From Fidelibacterota bacterium (GTDB lineage: Bacteria > Fidelibacterota > UBA8477 > JABMPR01): DNA of 64,000 nt. Shown in pieces: positions 11,597 through 20,001 of the stretch; position 1 is the stretch's first letter, and each line of letters opens with the position of its first letter. A program made the position numbers and the translations under genes. The stretch spans positions 12,594 through 76,593 of the forward strand of contig JAJRSW010000039.1 in assembly GCA_024278595.1 (NCBI GenBank), given 5' to 3'. A model generated the notes under the pieces. That model saw only the letters and a program-made list of their open reading frames with translations, searched no databases and had not been told where the DNA came from.

Positions 11597-12015
11597 GCAC
11601 AGGATCCACTCGTTCCATGCGTACCTGGCGCAAATATCATCGTTATATATTTGGGTACAGTAAATGGATCAGTCTGGTTTCGGTGGTCTTGCTTATTACA
11701 ATTTCAATTACTGGTATCCTGCTAATTCATCAGGATGATCTGCGCGTCATTCAGACCGAGCGGGTACCGCTGAATTTATTACCGGATCATTATGAAGATC
11801 GGCTGGAACATACGCGTCAAAAGCAGGGTACAACAGAAATATATGCGGCCGAACAGAGTGTCCCCTTGCGCTGGGTCATCCTGGATCTGCATACAGGGGA
11901 TTTTTTTGGTAAATACGGGTTTCTGCTCTATGACGTACTGTCAGTCATGGCAATCGTTCTAGGAACAACCGGAATTTATATGTATTTCAAAATCAGGAAG
12001 AACAACGTTTTTTAA
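11593..12015 (+). CDS. PepSY-associated TM helix protein
   Basis: Two TM segments, ITGILLIH and ILDLHTG motifs. Confidence 0.7.
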   Translation: MSTGSTRSMRTWRKYHRYIFGYSKWISLVSVVLLITISITGILLIHQDDLRVIQTERVPLNLLPDHYEDRLEHTRQKQGTTEIYAAEQSVPLRWVILDLHTGDFFGKYGFLLYDVLSVMAIVLGTTGIYMYFKIRKNNVF

Positions 12016-12028
12016 AAAGGAGAGCACC

Positions 12029-12526
12029 ATGTTCAAACAAACAATTATGTTGATCGTTATTGTGGCAAGTCTGGGAATGTTTTCATGTAGTTCGGATACT
12101 GCAGCAGTTACAGGTGAGGCGTATGGACAGGAATTGACCCTGGCTGAGGCCATCCCCGTAAGTGATATTTTTGCAAAAGCGAACGATTTGAACGGTCAGG
12201 TGGTTCGCGTATCTGGTACAGTCAGTGATCTTTGTAAACACAAGGGGTGTTGGATGCAGGTGAGTGATGGTGATCAGGTAATGACCGTCCGCTTTAAAGA
12301 TGAAGCCTTTACGCTGCCTGCTGATGCTGCTGGTCGTCGGGTAGATTTTGAAGGTCTGCTCATCGCAGAAAAGATCAAAAAAGACTCTGGCTTGAACAGT
12401 GGCTGCGCCGAAGGTGGTCAGCACAGCGGTGATGCCGCCTGTGAAAGTATGCGTGCCGAAAAGACAGCTCAAAAAGCGACTGATATGCGTTATACCATGG
12501 TCTCAACGGGCCTGATCCTACTGTAG
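12029..12526 (+). CDS. DUF4920-like OB-fold lipoprotein
   Basis: Lipobox FSC; V..G.V..lC.HKGCWM motif. Confidence 0.75.
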   Translation: MFKQTIMLIVIVASLGMFSCSSDTAAVTGEAYGQELTLAEAIPVSDIFAKANDLNGQVVRVSGTVSDLCKHKGCWMQVSDGDQVMTVRFKDEAFTLPADAAGRRVDFEGLLIAEKIKKDSGLNSGCAEGGQHSGDAACESMRAEKTAQKATDMRYTMVSTGLILL

Positions 12527-12537
12527 TTGAATGTTTA

Positions 12538-12610
12538 GCCACAAAGACTTTAAGACACGAAGGGCCACAAAATATTTTGTGGGTTATAGTGAGCGTTGTG
12601 ACTTCGTGGC
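12538..12610. repeat. 73-bp imperfect palindromic element (gccac...cttcgtggc), related copy at 50600-50672
   Basis: Terminal gccac/gtggc inverted ends with aagacacgaag-type internal units. Confidence 0.65.
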
Positions 12611-12642
12611 AAAAAAAATGTACTGTAACGTCTGAATAGGAA

Positions 12643-13254
12643 TTGCATCCAATCAAACGCGAGTTGACAAGTGAAGAGACGCCGGAGCTGATCCAGGCTG
12701 CCCGAGAGGGAGACCAGAAAGCACAGTCACAATTAGTGACCATGTACTCTGCTCGACTTTATAATTTGGGTTTGCGAATGCTGCGTAATAACGAGGACGC
12801 TGAAGACATGCTTCAGGAGACCTTTATTACGGCCTTTCAAAAGATCGATCGGTTCAAAGGTAAATCCAGTTTTTATACCTGGGTCTACCGGATTGGTGTG
12901 AATACCGCTCTCGGCAAATTGCGAAAGCAATCCAGGATGAAGATCTCCTATTCCATCCAGGAGCCTGATTTCGAAAATCTCCATGGTCTGGATATTTCAG
13001 ACTGGCCGGAGTATATTGAGACCAAGGTTACGGATGAGGAGTTCAGGATCGCCCTGAAAGTCGCCTTGGATGATCTGGATGAGAAATATCGTTCGGTTTT
13101 TGTCCTGCGTGACCTGGAAGGTCTATCAACGGCTAAAACAGCCGGGATACTGGAGCTTTCCGAGAGCAATGTGAAGGTGAGACTTATGCGGGCCAGGCTT
13201 TTTTTGCGGGACAGTATGAGTAACTTTCTTAAACGCGAAGGTTGGTTGGTATAG
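12643..13254 (+). CDS. ECF RNA polymerase sigma factor
   Basis: DAEDMLQETF, FYTWVYRI (region 2); LRDLEGLS..TA.IL.LSESNVKVRLMRAR (region 4); exact start uncertain. Confidence 0.95.
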   Translation: MHPIKRELTSEETPELIQAAREGDQKAQSQLVTMYSARLYNLGLRMLRNNEDAEDMLQETFITAFQKIDRFKGKSSFYTWVYRIGVNTALGKLRKQSRMKISYSIQEPDFENLHGLDISDWPEYIETKVTDEEFRIALKVALDDLDEKYRSVFVLRDLEGLSTAKTAGILELSESNVKVRLMRARLFLRDSMSNFLKREGWLV

Positions 13255-13505
13255 TGAAACCAAAACATAATGTAGAGCTGCAAAAAAAGATCTGCCTTGA
13301 TTTTGGTGCGGATATTGGCTCTGAATTGTGTCAGGAGGTTGGCCAACTCATGGAGGAATGCCCTGAGTGTAAGGTTTACTATGATACCATGCAGCGTTCC
13401 GTAAAATTATACCGGGTCATTGAGGATGAGTGTGAGCTCCCCAATTCAGTATCCGAACGCCTCTTCAAAGTATTGAAACTGGATAATTTGAAGAAGGATG
13501 CATAG
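13242..13505 (+). CDS. Small Cys-rich anti-sigma factor (ZAS-like)
   Basis: Overlaps the sigma gene; C-x11-C-x9-CPEC, no TM segment. Confidence 0.7.
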   Translation: MVGIVKPKHNVELQKKICLDFGADIGSELCQEVGQLMEECPECKVYYDTMQRSVKLYRVIEDECELPNSVSERLFKVLKLDNLKKDA

Positions 13506-13510
13506 AAACC

Positions 13511-13765
13511 ATGGCTACGGCTATATTACCAGCTAAAAAGGTGGTTATGTTCACCACTCCAACCTGCTCTCACTGCACCACGGCAAAACGCTATCTGAGA
13601 GAGAAGGGGGTTAAATTCAAGGAAATTGACGTGAGTAGAAATCAAAAAGCTGCTCAGGATATGTTAAGCAAGACCGGCCAGCAGGGGGTTCCCCAATTGT
13701 GGATCAATAACCGTCCTGTAGTCGGGTTCGATAGGAATAAAATCAATAGTTTACTAGGCTTATAG
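13511..13765 (+). CDS. Glutaredoxin-like protein (NrdH/YruB family)
   Basis: TTPTCSHC and GQQGVP motifs. Confidence 0.92.
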   Translation: MATAILPAKKVVMFTTPTCSHCTTAKRYLREKGVKFKEIDVSRNQKAAQDMLSKTGQQGVPQLWINNRPVVGFDRNKINSLLGL

Positions 13766-13775
13766 GAGAAAAAAA

Positions 13776-14045
13776 ATGAAAATCAAACCTTTAGATGATC
13801 GTGTTTTAGTTGTACCAGCTGATGAGGAAGAGACCACTGCGTCAGGTCTTATCATTCCTGACACAGCCAAAGAGAAACCGCGTCGCGGAACTGTTGCCGC
13901 TGTCGGTAACGATGAAGAACTGCAGGAATTGATCAGTGAGGGTGATGTCATCCTCTATGGAAAATATGCTGGCGATGAGTTGTCCTATGATGGCAATGAC
14001 TACCTGATCCTGAACCGGGGTGACATCCTGGCCAAACTCAGCTAG
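13776..14045 (+). CDS. groES: Co-chaperonin GroES (no adjacent groEL)
   Basis: IKPLDDRVLV, TASGLIIPDTAKEKP, KYAG. Confidence 0.97.
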   Translation: MKIKPLDDRVLVVPADEEETTASGLIIPDTAKEKPRRGTVAAVGNDEELQELISEGDVILYGKYAGDELSYDGNDYLILNRGDILAKLS

Positions 14046-14128
14046 CTATGTCTATATGGTAACCCACTACTTATCGTGGGTTGCCAGATGTGTTGGGAGT
14101 ATACAACCGGTTTAACGGTTTATTTCTT

Positions 14129-14159
14129 AAATAGGGAGTCTTCGGGCTCCCTATTTTTT
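14129..14159 (+). terminator. Rho-independent terminator after groES
   Basis: atagggagtc-ttcg-ggctccctat followed by a T run. Confidence 0.85.
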
Positions 14160-14392
14160 ATTCTCAGCTGACCCTGAGAATAACCACCGCGAAATCTCGC
14201 ACTTTCGTGGGGACTAAAACGACCTACCCGGAAATTGCTCATAGGGTGAAGACGGTTTTTTTGTTTCAACACCACCGCCAGAACCTCAGGAAGCACCCCT
14301 GGCTACAGTGCCTTTACAGGTATAAAAATCTCAATAAAACGCAATATTATAATGTTGCTTGCAAATATTACGGAAAAAATTATACTGGAGCT

Positions 14393-15571
14393 ATGAAACC
14401 AGTCTATCAACGTAGTTACACACCAGAAATTTTAAGATTATGCGCTTGTTTTCCTGTTGTTGGAATAATTGGAGCGCGTCAGGTTGGAAAAACCACACTT
14501 TGCCGAATAATCCAGGAGTTGACCGGCAAAGAGACTCAATACCTTGATCTGGAACTGAATTCTGATTTAAACAAACTGGAAAATGCCGAGCTATACCTAA
14601 ACCGGTTCAAGGGGCAGTGTATCATTATCGATGAAGTTCAGCGCAAACCGGAACTCTTTCCCCTGCTGCGAGCTTTGGTGGATCAAACAGGAGACAATTG
14701 TCAATTTATCGTAACCGGTTCTGCCTCACCTGAGCTACTCCGGCAAAGCACTGAAAGTCTTGCTGGGCGGATTGCCTATGTCGAAATTTCACCCTTTTCA
14801 CTGATAGAACTCCCTGCTGGCATTAAACAAGAAACACACTGGTTCAGAGGAGGTTTTCCCAGAGCATTATTAGCACCCGATGATCATTATGCCTTGGAGT
14901 GGATTGCAAATTTTGTAAAGAGCTACCTGGAAAGAGATTTGCGTATGCTGGGATTATCTGCTGAACCACTTTTATTGCGACGATTATGGACAATGCTGGC
15001 TCATATACACGGTAACCTGCTGAATTATTCAACTTTGGCTTCATCGCTGGGTATTGCTGTGAATACTGTGCGAAAATATATCGATTTATTTGAGCAAGCC
15101 TTTCTCATTCGAAGACTGACTCCCCTGGTTACCAATCTGAAGAAAAAGTTGGTCAAATCACCAAAAATATACATCAGCGATAGTGGCGTTCTACATCATC
15201 TACTCGGGATAAACTCCAACGATGATTTATTCGGCCATCCCGGATTAGGAAACTCCTGGGAAGGTTATTGTATTTCCCAGGTTTTGAGTGTAGTCGGGAA
15301 CCAATATGAAGCCTCTTTCTTGCGCACCCATGATGGTGCAGAATGTGATTTGGTATTGTCAAGGGGGGGCGAGACCATGCTGGCAATTGAAATCAGGTTT
15401 TCGGATTCACCGACATTATCCAGAGGCAATACGGAAGCTTTTAAAAAAATAAAAGCCAACAAGAATTATGTTATTATACCCGAAGGTGAAGGCTACCCCT
15501 TGAATAACTCAGTTGATGCAATAAATCTATCTGATTTTATTTTATCCGTAGCAGCAGTCAATAAAGGGTGA
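14393..15571 (+). CDS. AAA_14 + DUF4143 ATPase
   Basis: GARQVGKT Walker A, IIDEVQ Walker B, TGSA, ESLAGR, KSPKIY..DSG, GNSWE, E.DLV; ATG 14393 after GGAG. Confidence 0.92.
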   Translation: MKPVYQRSYTPEILRLCACFPVVGIIGARQVGKTTLCRIIQELTGKETQYLDLELNSDLNKLENAELYLNRFKGQCIIIDEVQRKPELFPLLRALVDQTGDNCQFIVTGSASPELLRQSTESLAGRIAYVEISPFSLIELPAGIKQETHWFRGGFPRALLAPDDHYALEWIANFVKSYLERDLRMLGLSAEPLLLRRLWTMLAHIHGNLLNYSTLASSLGIAVNTVRKYIDLFEQAFLIRRLTPLVTNLKKKLVKSPKIYISDSGVLHHLLGINSNDDLFGHPGLGNSWEGYCISQVLSVVGNQYEASFLRTHDGAECDLVLSRGGETMLAIEIRFSDSPTLSRGNTEAFKKIKANKNYVIIPEGEGYPLNNSVDAINLSDFILSVAAVNKG

Positions 15572-15574
15572 TGA

Positions 15575-16678
15575 ATGCTGGATACGACACAGCTCCGACA
15601 GTTGATATTCAAGATCCTGAATTCAGAATTATCCGGCCAGGATATGAATGTTTATATCCGCCATTGTACAGCTTTCGCAACGGCTTATTTGTTTTCTCGG
15701 AAAAGTGCCGGCAACCTTTCTGCGGAATATTTAGAAGCCGGTGAAACAAGATTGCAGCAGTTGGCTATGGATTCCATCGCAGAGCTGTTTGCCAGAGACG
15801 AACAGGGCAGCTTTTACAAACTGAAACACTACTATGAACCGTTGCTGGGAGCGATCAGAGCCAATCCCGACGAAGCCCTGTTCATGACTCGCCGCCTTGT
15901 GATTGCCCATACAAAACAATCCATGGCACGGTTATTCCAAGGTAACGATCCCTCAGGCTACCGGATATACCGCAATCTATCCCTGGTCCACAAGAGAGAT
16001 CCGAACATTAACTCCTGCAAATATGGTGCTGAGACCTATCTGTTTTTGTGGGATCAACCTGGTGAGGCTGTATTCCCAGATGATTTGAACCCCTCTCAAC
16101 CTGAGATTGAGTGGGAAGCTGCCCTGCTCTTGCATGATCAGACACATAGGGGCCTGGATACACTGCCAGCCATTGTCCATGGTTTTCTGAGTGAGTTGAA
16201 TCAGGATCCCGATGTCCGTCACTTTATCTGCCGTAAAGTACTTTACAAAGTATTGAAGGAATCCATGGGATTGATAACGATCCCCATGGAAGAAAGCCAT
16301 TTTATTGAAGATGGGGGACACCCCGGTTCTTTTGAGATCACTCAGACAGATCAAAAAGTATATACGGATCGGATTAAAATATTTCTCCGCCAGAATATCC
16401 AACAGCGCTTTGTTGCAAAATCCAAATTGGAAAAAGGGGCTGCTGAAGCGTATACCGGTATCCTTGATCTGTATTTTGAAGATCTCCTCATGGACGGATT
16501 TGCCGGGAAATTACCGGATTATCTGGCTAGATCAGCATTCAGGGACATGCAGCCTGAGCTATGGAAGGTTCATCGGGGCAGACTGGAGTATTTGATCAAA
16601 ATAGGTCGGACCCAATTGCAATCCATGTATGAGCATGACTTTCCGAATCAACCCGAAGTGCCAATAGAGGATTCATAG
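15575..16678 (+). CDS. Hypothetical protein, putative divergent sigma70/ECF-like factor
   Basis: QLAMDSIAELF and MTRRLV resemble sigma region 2; C-terminal HRGRLEYLIKIGRTQL resembles region 4.2; followed by a ZAS gene. Confidence 0.5.
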   Translation: MLDTTQLRQLIFKILNSELSGQDMNVYIRHCTAFATAYLFSRKSAGNLSAEYLEAGETRLQQLAMDSIAELFARDEQGSFYKLKHYYEPLLGAIRANPDEALFMTRRLVIAHTKQSMARLFQGNDPSGYRIYRNLSLVHKRDPNINSCKYGAETYLFLWDQPGEAVFPDDLNPSQPEIEWEAALLLHDQTHRGLDTLPAIVHGFLSELNQDPDVRHFICRKVLYKVLKESMGLITIPMEESHFIEDGGHPGSFEITQTDQKVYTDRIKIFLRQNIQQRFVAKSKLEKGAAEAYTGILDLYFEDLLMDGFAGKLPDYLARSAFRDMQPELWKVHRGRLEYLIKIGRTQLQSMYEHDFPNQPEVPIEDS

Positions 16679-16682
16679 GATT

Positions 16683-17564
16683 ATGAGCAATTGTATCACC
16701 ATAAATGTGTTGGAAAAGACAGCCTTGTACAAGTTGAAGGGGCTGCCCCTGGCACAAAAGACCACTGATCACCTGGAAAGCTGCCAGTTCTGCAGGGAGC
16801 AATTTGAAAATTTGATTCAGCAATTTCAGCTATATGAAGAGCAATTCGAGAAATTCCCTGAACATATCCTTGAGCAAATAAGCAATTCTATAACTCATAA
16901 GCAGCCATCAGCATATATTTTTGAAGCCAGTTTATTAAAAGATACCGCTGAGCTGCATGGATTTGAGGAAAGCTTCAACACGCGTGCCGCTGATTCAAAT
17001 CCCCGCCCGGCAGTTGCCCGCTTTCAGAGTATTGCGGTCTTGAGTACACCAGAGTCTGATTTGCTGGTACGGATAACCCATGATGCTGACCAAGGGAATA
17101 CATGGCTGCATCTGATCGCTGAGGATGACGAAAAAGTGCGGCATGTCCCGATCCGAATCGAACCCACAGCTCAGGATTATATCACCGACGACCTGGGTCG
17201 GGTAAACCTGGGTAATCAGCCCTTGCCGGTGGCAGAAAAGTTGAAAGTCATTGTGCAAACCCCCAGGGCCTCTTTTGATATGACTATCTTGGAGCAAAGC
17301 TGGTCTGAACTGGTGGGTAAGGGTGAGATTATTGTAACAAATCAAGCCAATGATCAGATGTTTATTGAGTTTCAACCACAAGGGGAGACTTATCGCTTGA
17401 GTGTACGCTTGCATGCTTCTCAGATTTCTGGTGGCTTGCAAAAGATTCAGATTGTGGCCAATAAGGAAAATGGTTTGAACAAAATAAAAGCTGTTAAACG
17501 CGGGGTAGCCATTTTCAGTGAGGTAACTGAAACAGCTTTGCTCAGGATAAAGATCTTCGGTTAG
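16683..17564 (+). CDS. Soluble zf-HC2 (ZAS) anti-sigma-like protein with C-terminal beta-sandwich domains
   Basis: N-terminal HLESCQFC (HxxxCxxC); no TM helix; beta-rich C-terminus with TDDLG. Confidence 0.7.
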   Translation: MSNCITINVLEKTALYKLKGLPLAQKTTDHLESCQFCREQFENLIQQFQLYEEQFEKFPEHILEQISNSITHKQPSAYIFEASLLKDTAELHGFEESFNTRAADSNPRPAVARFQSIAVLSTPESDLLVRITHDADQGNTWLHLIAEDDEKVRHVPIRIEPTAQDYITDDLGRVNLGNQPLPVAEKLKVIVQTPRASFDMTILEQSWSELVGKGEIIVTNQANDQMFIEFQPQGETYRLSVRLHASQISGGLQKIQIVANKENGLNKIKAVKRGVAIFSEVTETALLRIKIFG

Positions 17565-17568
17565 GCCT

Positions 17569-19890
17569 GTGTCCATACCCCTGAGAGAAATCGAGCAACA
17601 TTTCCGGGAGCTGCAATATTATCTCCGTAATGGTCTGGCTTCCCGGGTTAAACTGGATCTGATCAATCAATTCTTCTCAAATCTGGGTGCTCAGGAATTT
17701 CCACAACGGTATCTGTCCTATTTTCAGGAGATTTATGAAGATTTTCTGGGACTACTGGAACCAGAGAACTTACAATTTAGATCAACTGGTTTCTTGGCAG
17801 ATGTGGGTAAACTGGTGGAGGTGATGCAGCAGGCTGGTTTGAATGAGGTGTCTGATCCAGACTATCAGAAATATCATGACAATCTCAGATATCAGCAGAT
17901 TGCCACTTGTTGTTATACAGCTGATCAGTCTGGCTTGGAGCTGCTCACCGGGATCAAAACACAGTATGAGTCAGGAGTCGACCCCCCTGATGTTTTAAGC
18001 AAGATTTTGTGTGCTAGTGAGTTCAAGGGCCATAAAAATATAGAGGTCCTGGAGAAAATCAGCCAGAACTGGCAAACTGATGCTCTGGGGTGGTCACAAA
18101 AAACTGTCTGGATTCCCCTGGTGGAGCAGGAAACGACTCAGAATTTTGGCAAAATAGTGCTTGCGACTCTTCAGCCGTTGAGCGTGGATGTTGAACAACG
18201 CAGGCAGGCGGCTGATATGGACCTGATATTCTTTAACAATCACCCCCTGAGTGTGGGTGACCCGGTTTACGATCAGGCTCTGGATGCGGTTGGCGCTGCA
18301 AAAATGCACTTGAAGATTCGCAAACCGGGAAAAATTCCAAAATTCAGGATCATGTTTGGTTTTCCTGACAAACAATACTTCTATACTGGTGAATCTTTTG
18401 GTTTGGGAATGAGTCTGGCTGTGCTGGCTCAGATGGAAAAGGTGCTGATCCAGCGTAGCCAGCACCGGATTGCCCAAAATGCAGTCATCACAGGTGGGAT
18501 TGACATTCTCGGGCAGGTGCGTGGTGTCTCAGAGGAGAGTTTACCTGCCAAGCTTGAGGCTTTCTATTATTCACCGTTTGAGAGCTTTGTGCATCCTGAT
18601 GTCAATGCTGGTATTGTTGAAGATATTGTAAAACGTTTCTCGGGGGTTAGTCATTCTGAGCACCGCGAAGAATCTAGATTCTCAACCACCGTTTCCACCC
18701 CCTCGGCTCCCAATCTTCAAACTTTCGAACTCCCCAACCTTCCAACAGCAGATCTACCCACAATTCTCAAACATGCAACCGTCACCCAAAAACGGACCAT
18801 CAGTCTACGGGAATGGTCCCAGGCCCACATCCGCAAAAACCAGATCATGCGTTATGTGGCTGCTATTCTGGTAGTTGCAGGGATTGGCTGGGGGAGTTGG
18901 TGGTTTACGCAGGATTTGAATCCGGTGAGTGCAACGATAGACCATGAATATTTGTATGCACGAAACAAAAGTGACAAGTTGCTCTGGACCTATAAATTTC
19001 CTTTTGAGCTTGATTTAAAACTTTATAATGCTAATCGGGAGGATAGACTGCTACATGTGTTTGATCTGGACAGTGACGGTGCAAATGAAGTTATATTAGG
19101 ATTACGGGAAGAGGATGCAGAGGCTGCAGGTCTGGTCTATTGTTTTGGTCCCGACGGAAAATTATTATGGAAACTTGATCCACGGAAAAAATTTACATGC
19201 CGGGATGCAATAGTTAATGATCACTATTATGTGAAACACATCATTCCTGTTTGTGGAAAAAGTCAAGAGGATGAGAATTACCTGATCATTTGCTTTGCTC
19301 ATCATCTGTATTTCCCTTATAAGATCATCAAGGTCAACAAAACCGGTCAAATAATTGGTGAATTTAACCATTGCGGGCAAATTCAGGGGATGAAATACTT
19401 CCCCGCTGAGGAAAATTATTCTGAAAAACTGGTCTTTTGGGGAACCAATAATCAGTATAACACAGCGGTATTGGGAAGTCTGGATCCGGACCATATTCAG
19501 GGCTATTCACCGGGCTATCGGCAGAAATGTGATATTTCAGATGCGATTACACCGACCGGAATGGTTTACATTAAATTCCCGGTCCCCGGTGATTATCAGG
19601 TTTCAAAAAGTTTTATTCGCTCAGAAGTAGGGAGCTACGTTTCAAACGGTGATGGCAGTTATTTAGCAAGTGTCATTTTAAGTGAGAATGCATATCTCCT
19701 GTATACATTTAATCAAGATTTAACCCTGCTCAATTTCGATCTTTCAGATTCGTACTATGGTTTATACAAAGCGTATTATGGAGTTGATATTTATGATCAG
19801 AATGAGCCTGAGGAAGTAAGAAATTATTTCACTGCCCTCCAATACTGGAATGGTACCGGTTGGGTTTCGGGCTCTGATTTATCTGAATAG
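17569..19890 (+). CDS. Membrane-anchored Lon-type (S16-like) protease domain + TM helix + extracytoplasmic beta-propeller
   Basis: TGESFG (S276) and ITGGIDILGQVRGV..SLPAK (K328) match the Lon GPSAG / TG...K dyad pattern; TM at about aa 429-446; DLDSDGANEVI and DGKLLW propeller motifs. Confidence 0.7.
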   Translation: MSIPLREIEQHFRELQYYLRNGLASRVKLDLINQFFSNLGAQEFPQRYLSYFQEIYEDFLGLLEPENLQFRSTGFLADVGKLVEVMQQAGLNEVSDPDYQKYHDNLRYQQIATCCYTADQSGLELLTGIKTQYESGVDPPDVLSKILCASEFKGHKNIEVLEKISQNWQTDALGWSQKTVWIPLVEQETTQNFGKIVLATLQPLSVDVEQRRQAADMDLIFFNNHPLSVGDPVYDQALDAVGAAKMHLKIRKPGKIPKFRIMFGFPDKQYFYTGESFGLGMSLAVLAQMEKVLIQRSQHRIAQNAVITGGIDILGQVRGVSEESLPAKLEAFYYSPFESFVHPDVNAGIVEDIVKRFSGVSHSEHREESRFSTTVSTPSAPNLQTFELPNLPTADLPTILKHATVTQKRTISLREWSQAHIRKNQIMRYVAAILVVAGIGWGSWWFTQDLNPVSATIDHEYLYARNKSDKLLWTYKFPFELDLKLYNANREDRLLHVFDLDSDGANEVILGLREEDAEAAGLVYCFGPDGKLLWKLDPRKKFTCRDAIVNDHYYVKHIIPVCGKSQEDENYLIICFAHHLYFPYKIIKVNKTGQIIGEFNHCGQIQGMKYFPAEENYSEKLVFWGTNNQYNTAVLGSLDPDHIQGYSPGYRQKCDISDAITPTGMVYIKFPVPGDYQVSKSFIRSEVGSYVSNGDGSYLASVILSENAYLLYTFNQDLTLLNFDLSDSYYGLYKAYYGVDIYDQNEPEEVRNYFTALQYWNGTGWVSGSDLSE

Positions 19891-20001
19891 GTTATTGTTT
19901 TTTGTCACATTATTAAAATATACCTGATTAATCCAATTACAGTTTTTTGATTTCTTTGTCCATGCGAATAGTTCTCACTAAAGCTAAATGAAAGGGGCTG
20001 T

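Noticed and set aside
14161-14330. Possible ncRNA or riboswitch after the groES terminator
   Set aside because: Some pairing potential but no recognisable family motif; an Rfam/Infernal scan would be needed.
16995-17576. Long antisense ORFs (16995-17576, 57542-58078, 56731-57186 and similar)
   Set aside because: They shadow well-supported genes on the opposite strand and have no recognisable motifs.
19891-20001. Specific promoter motif for the putative divergent sigma
   Set aside because: No motif with consistent spacing is shared with other upstream regions, so it cannot be supported by eye.
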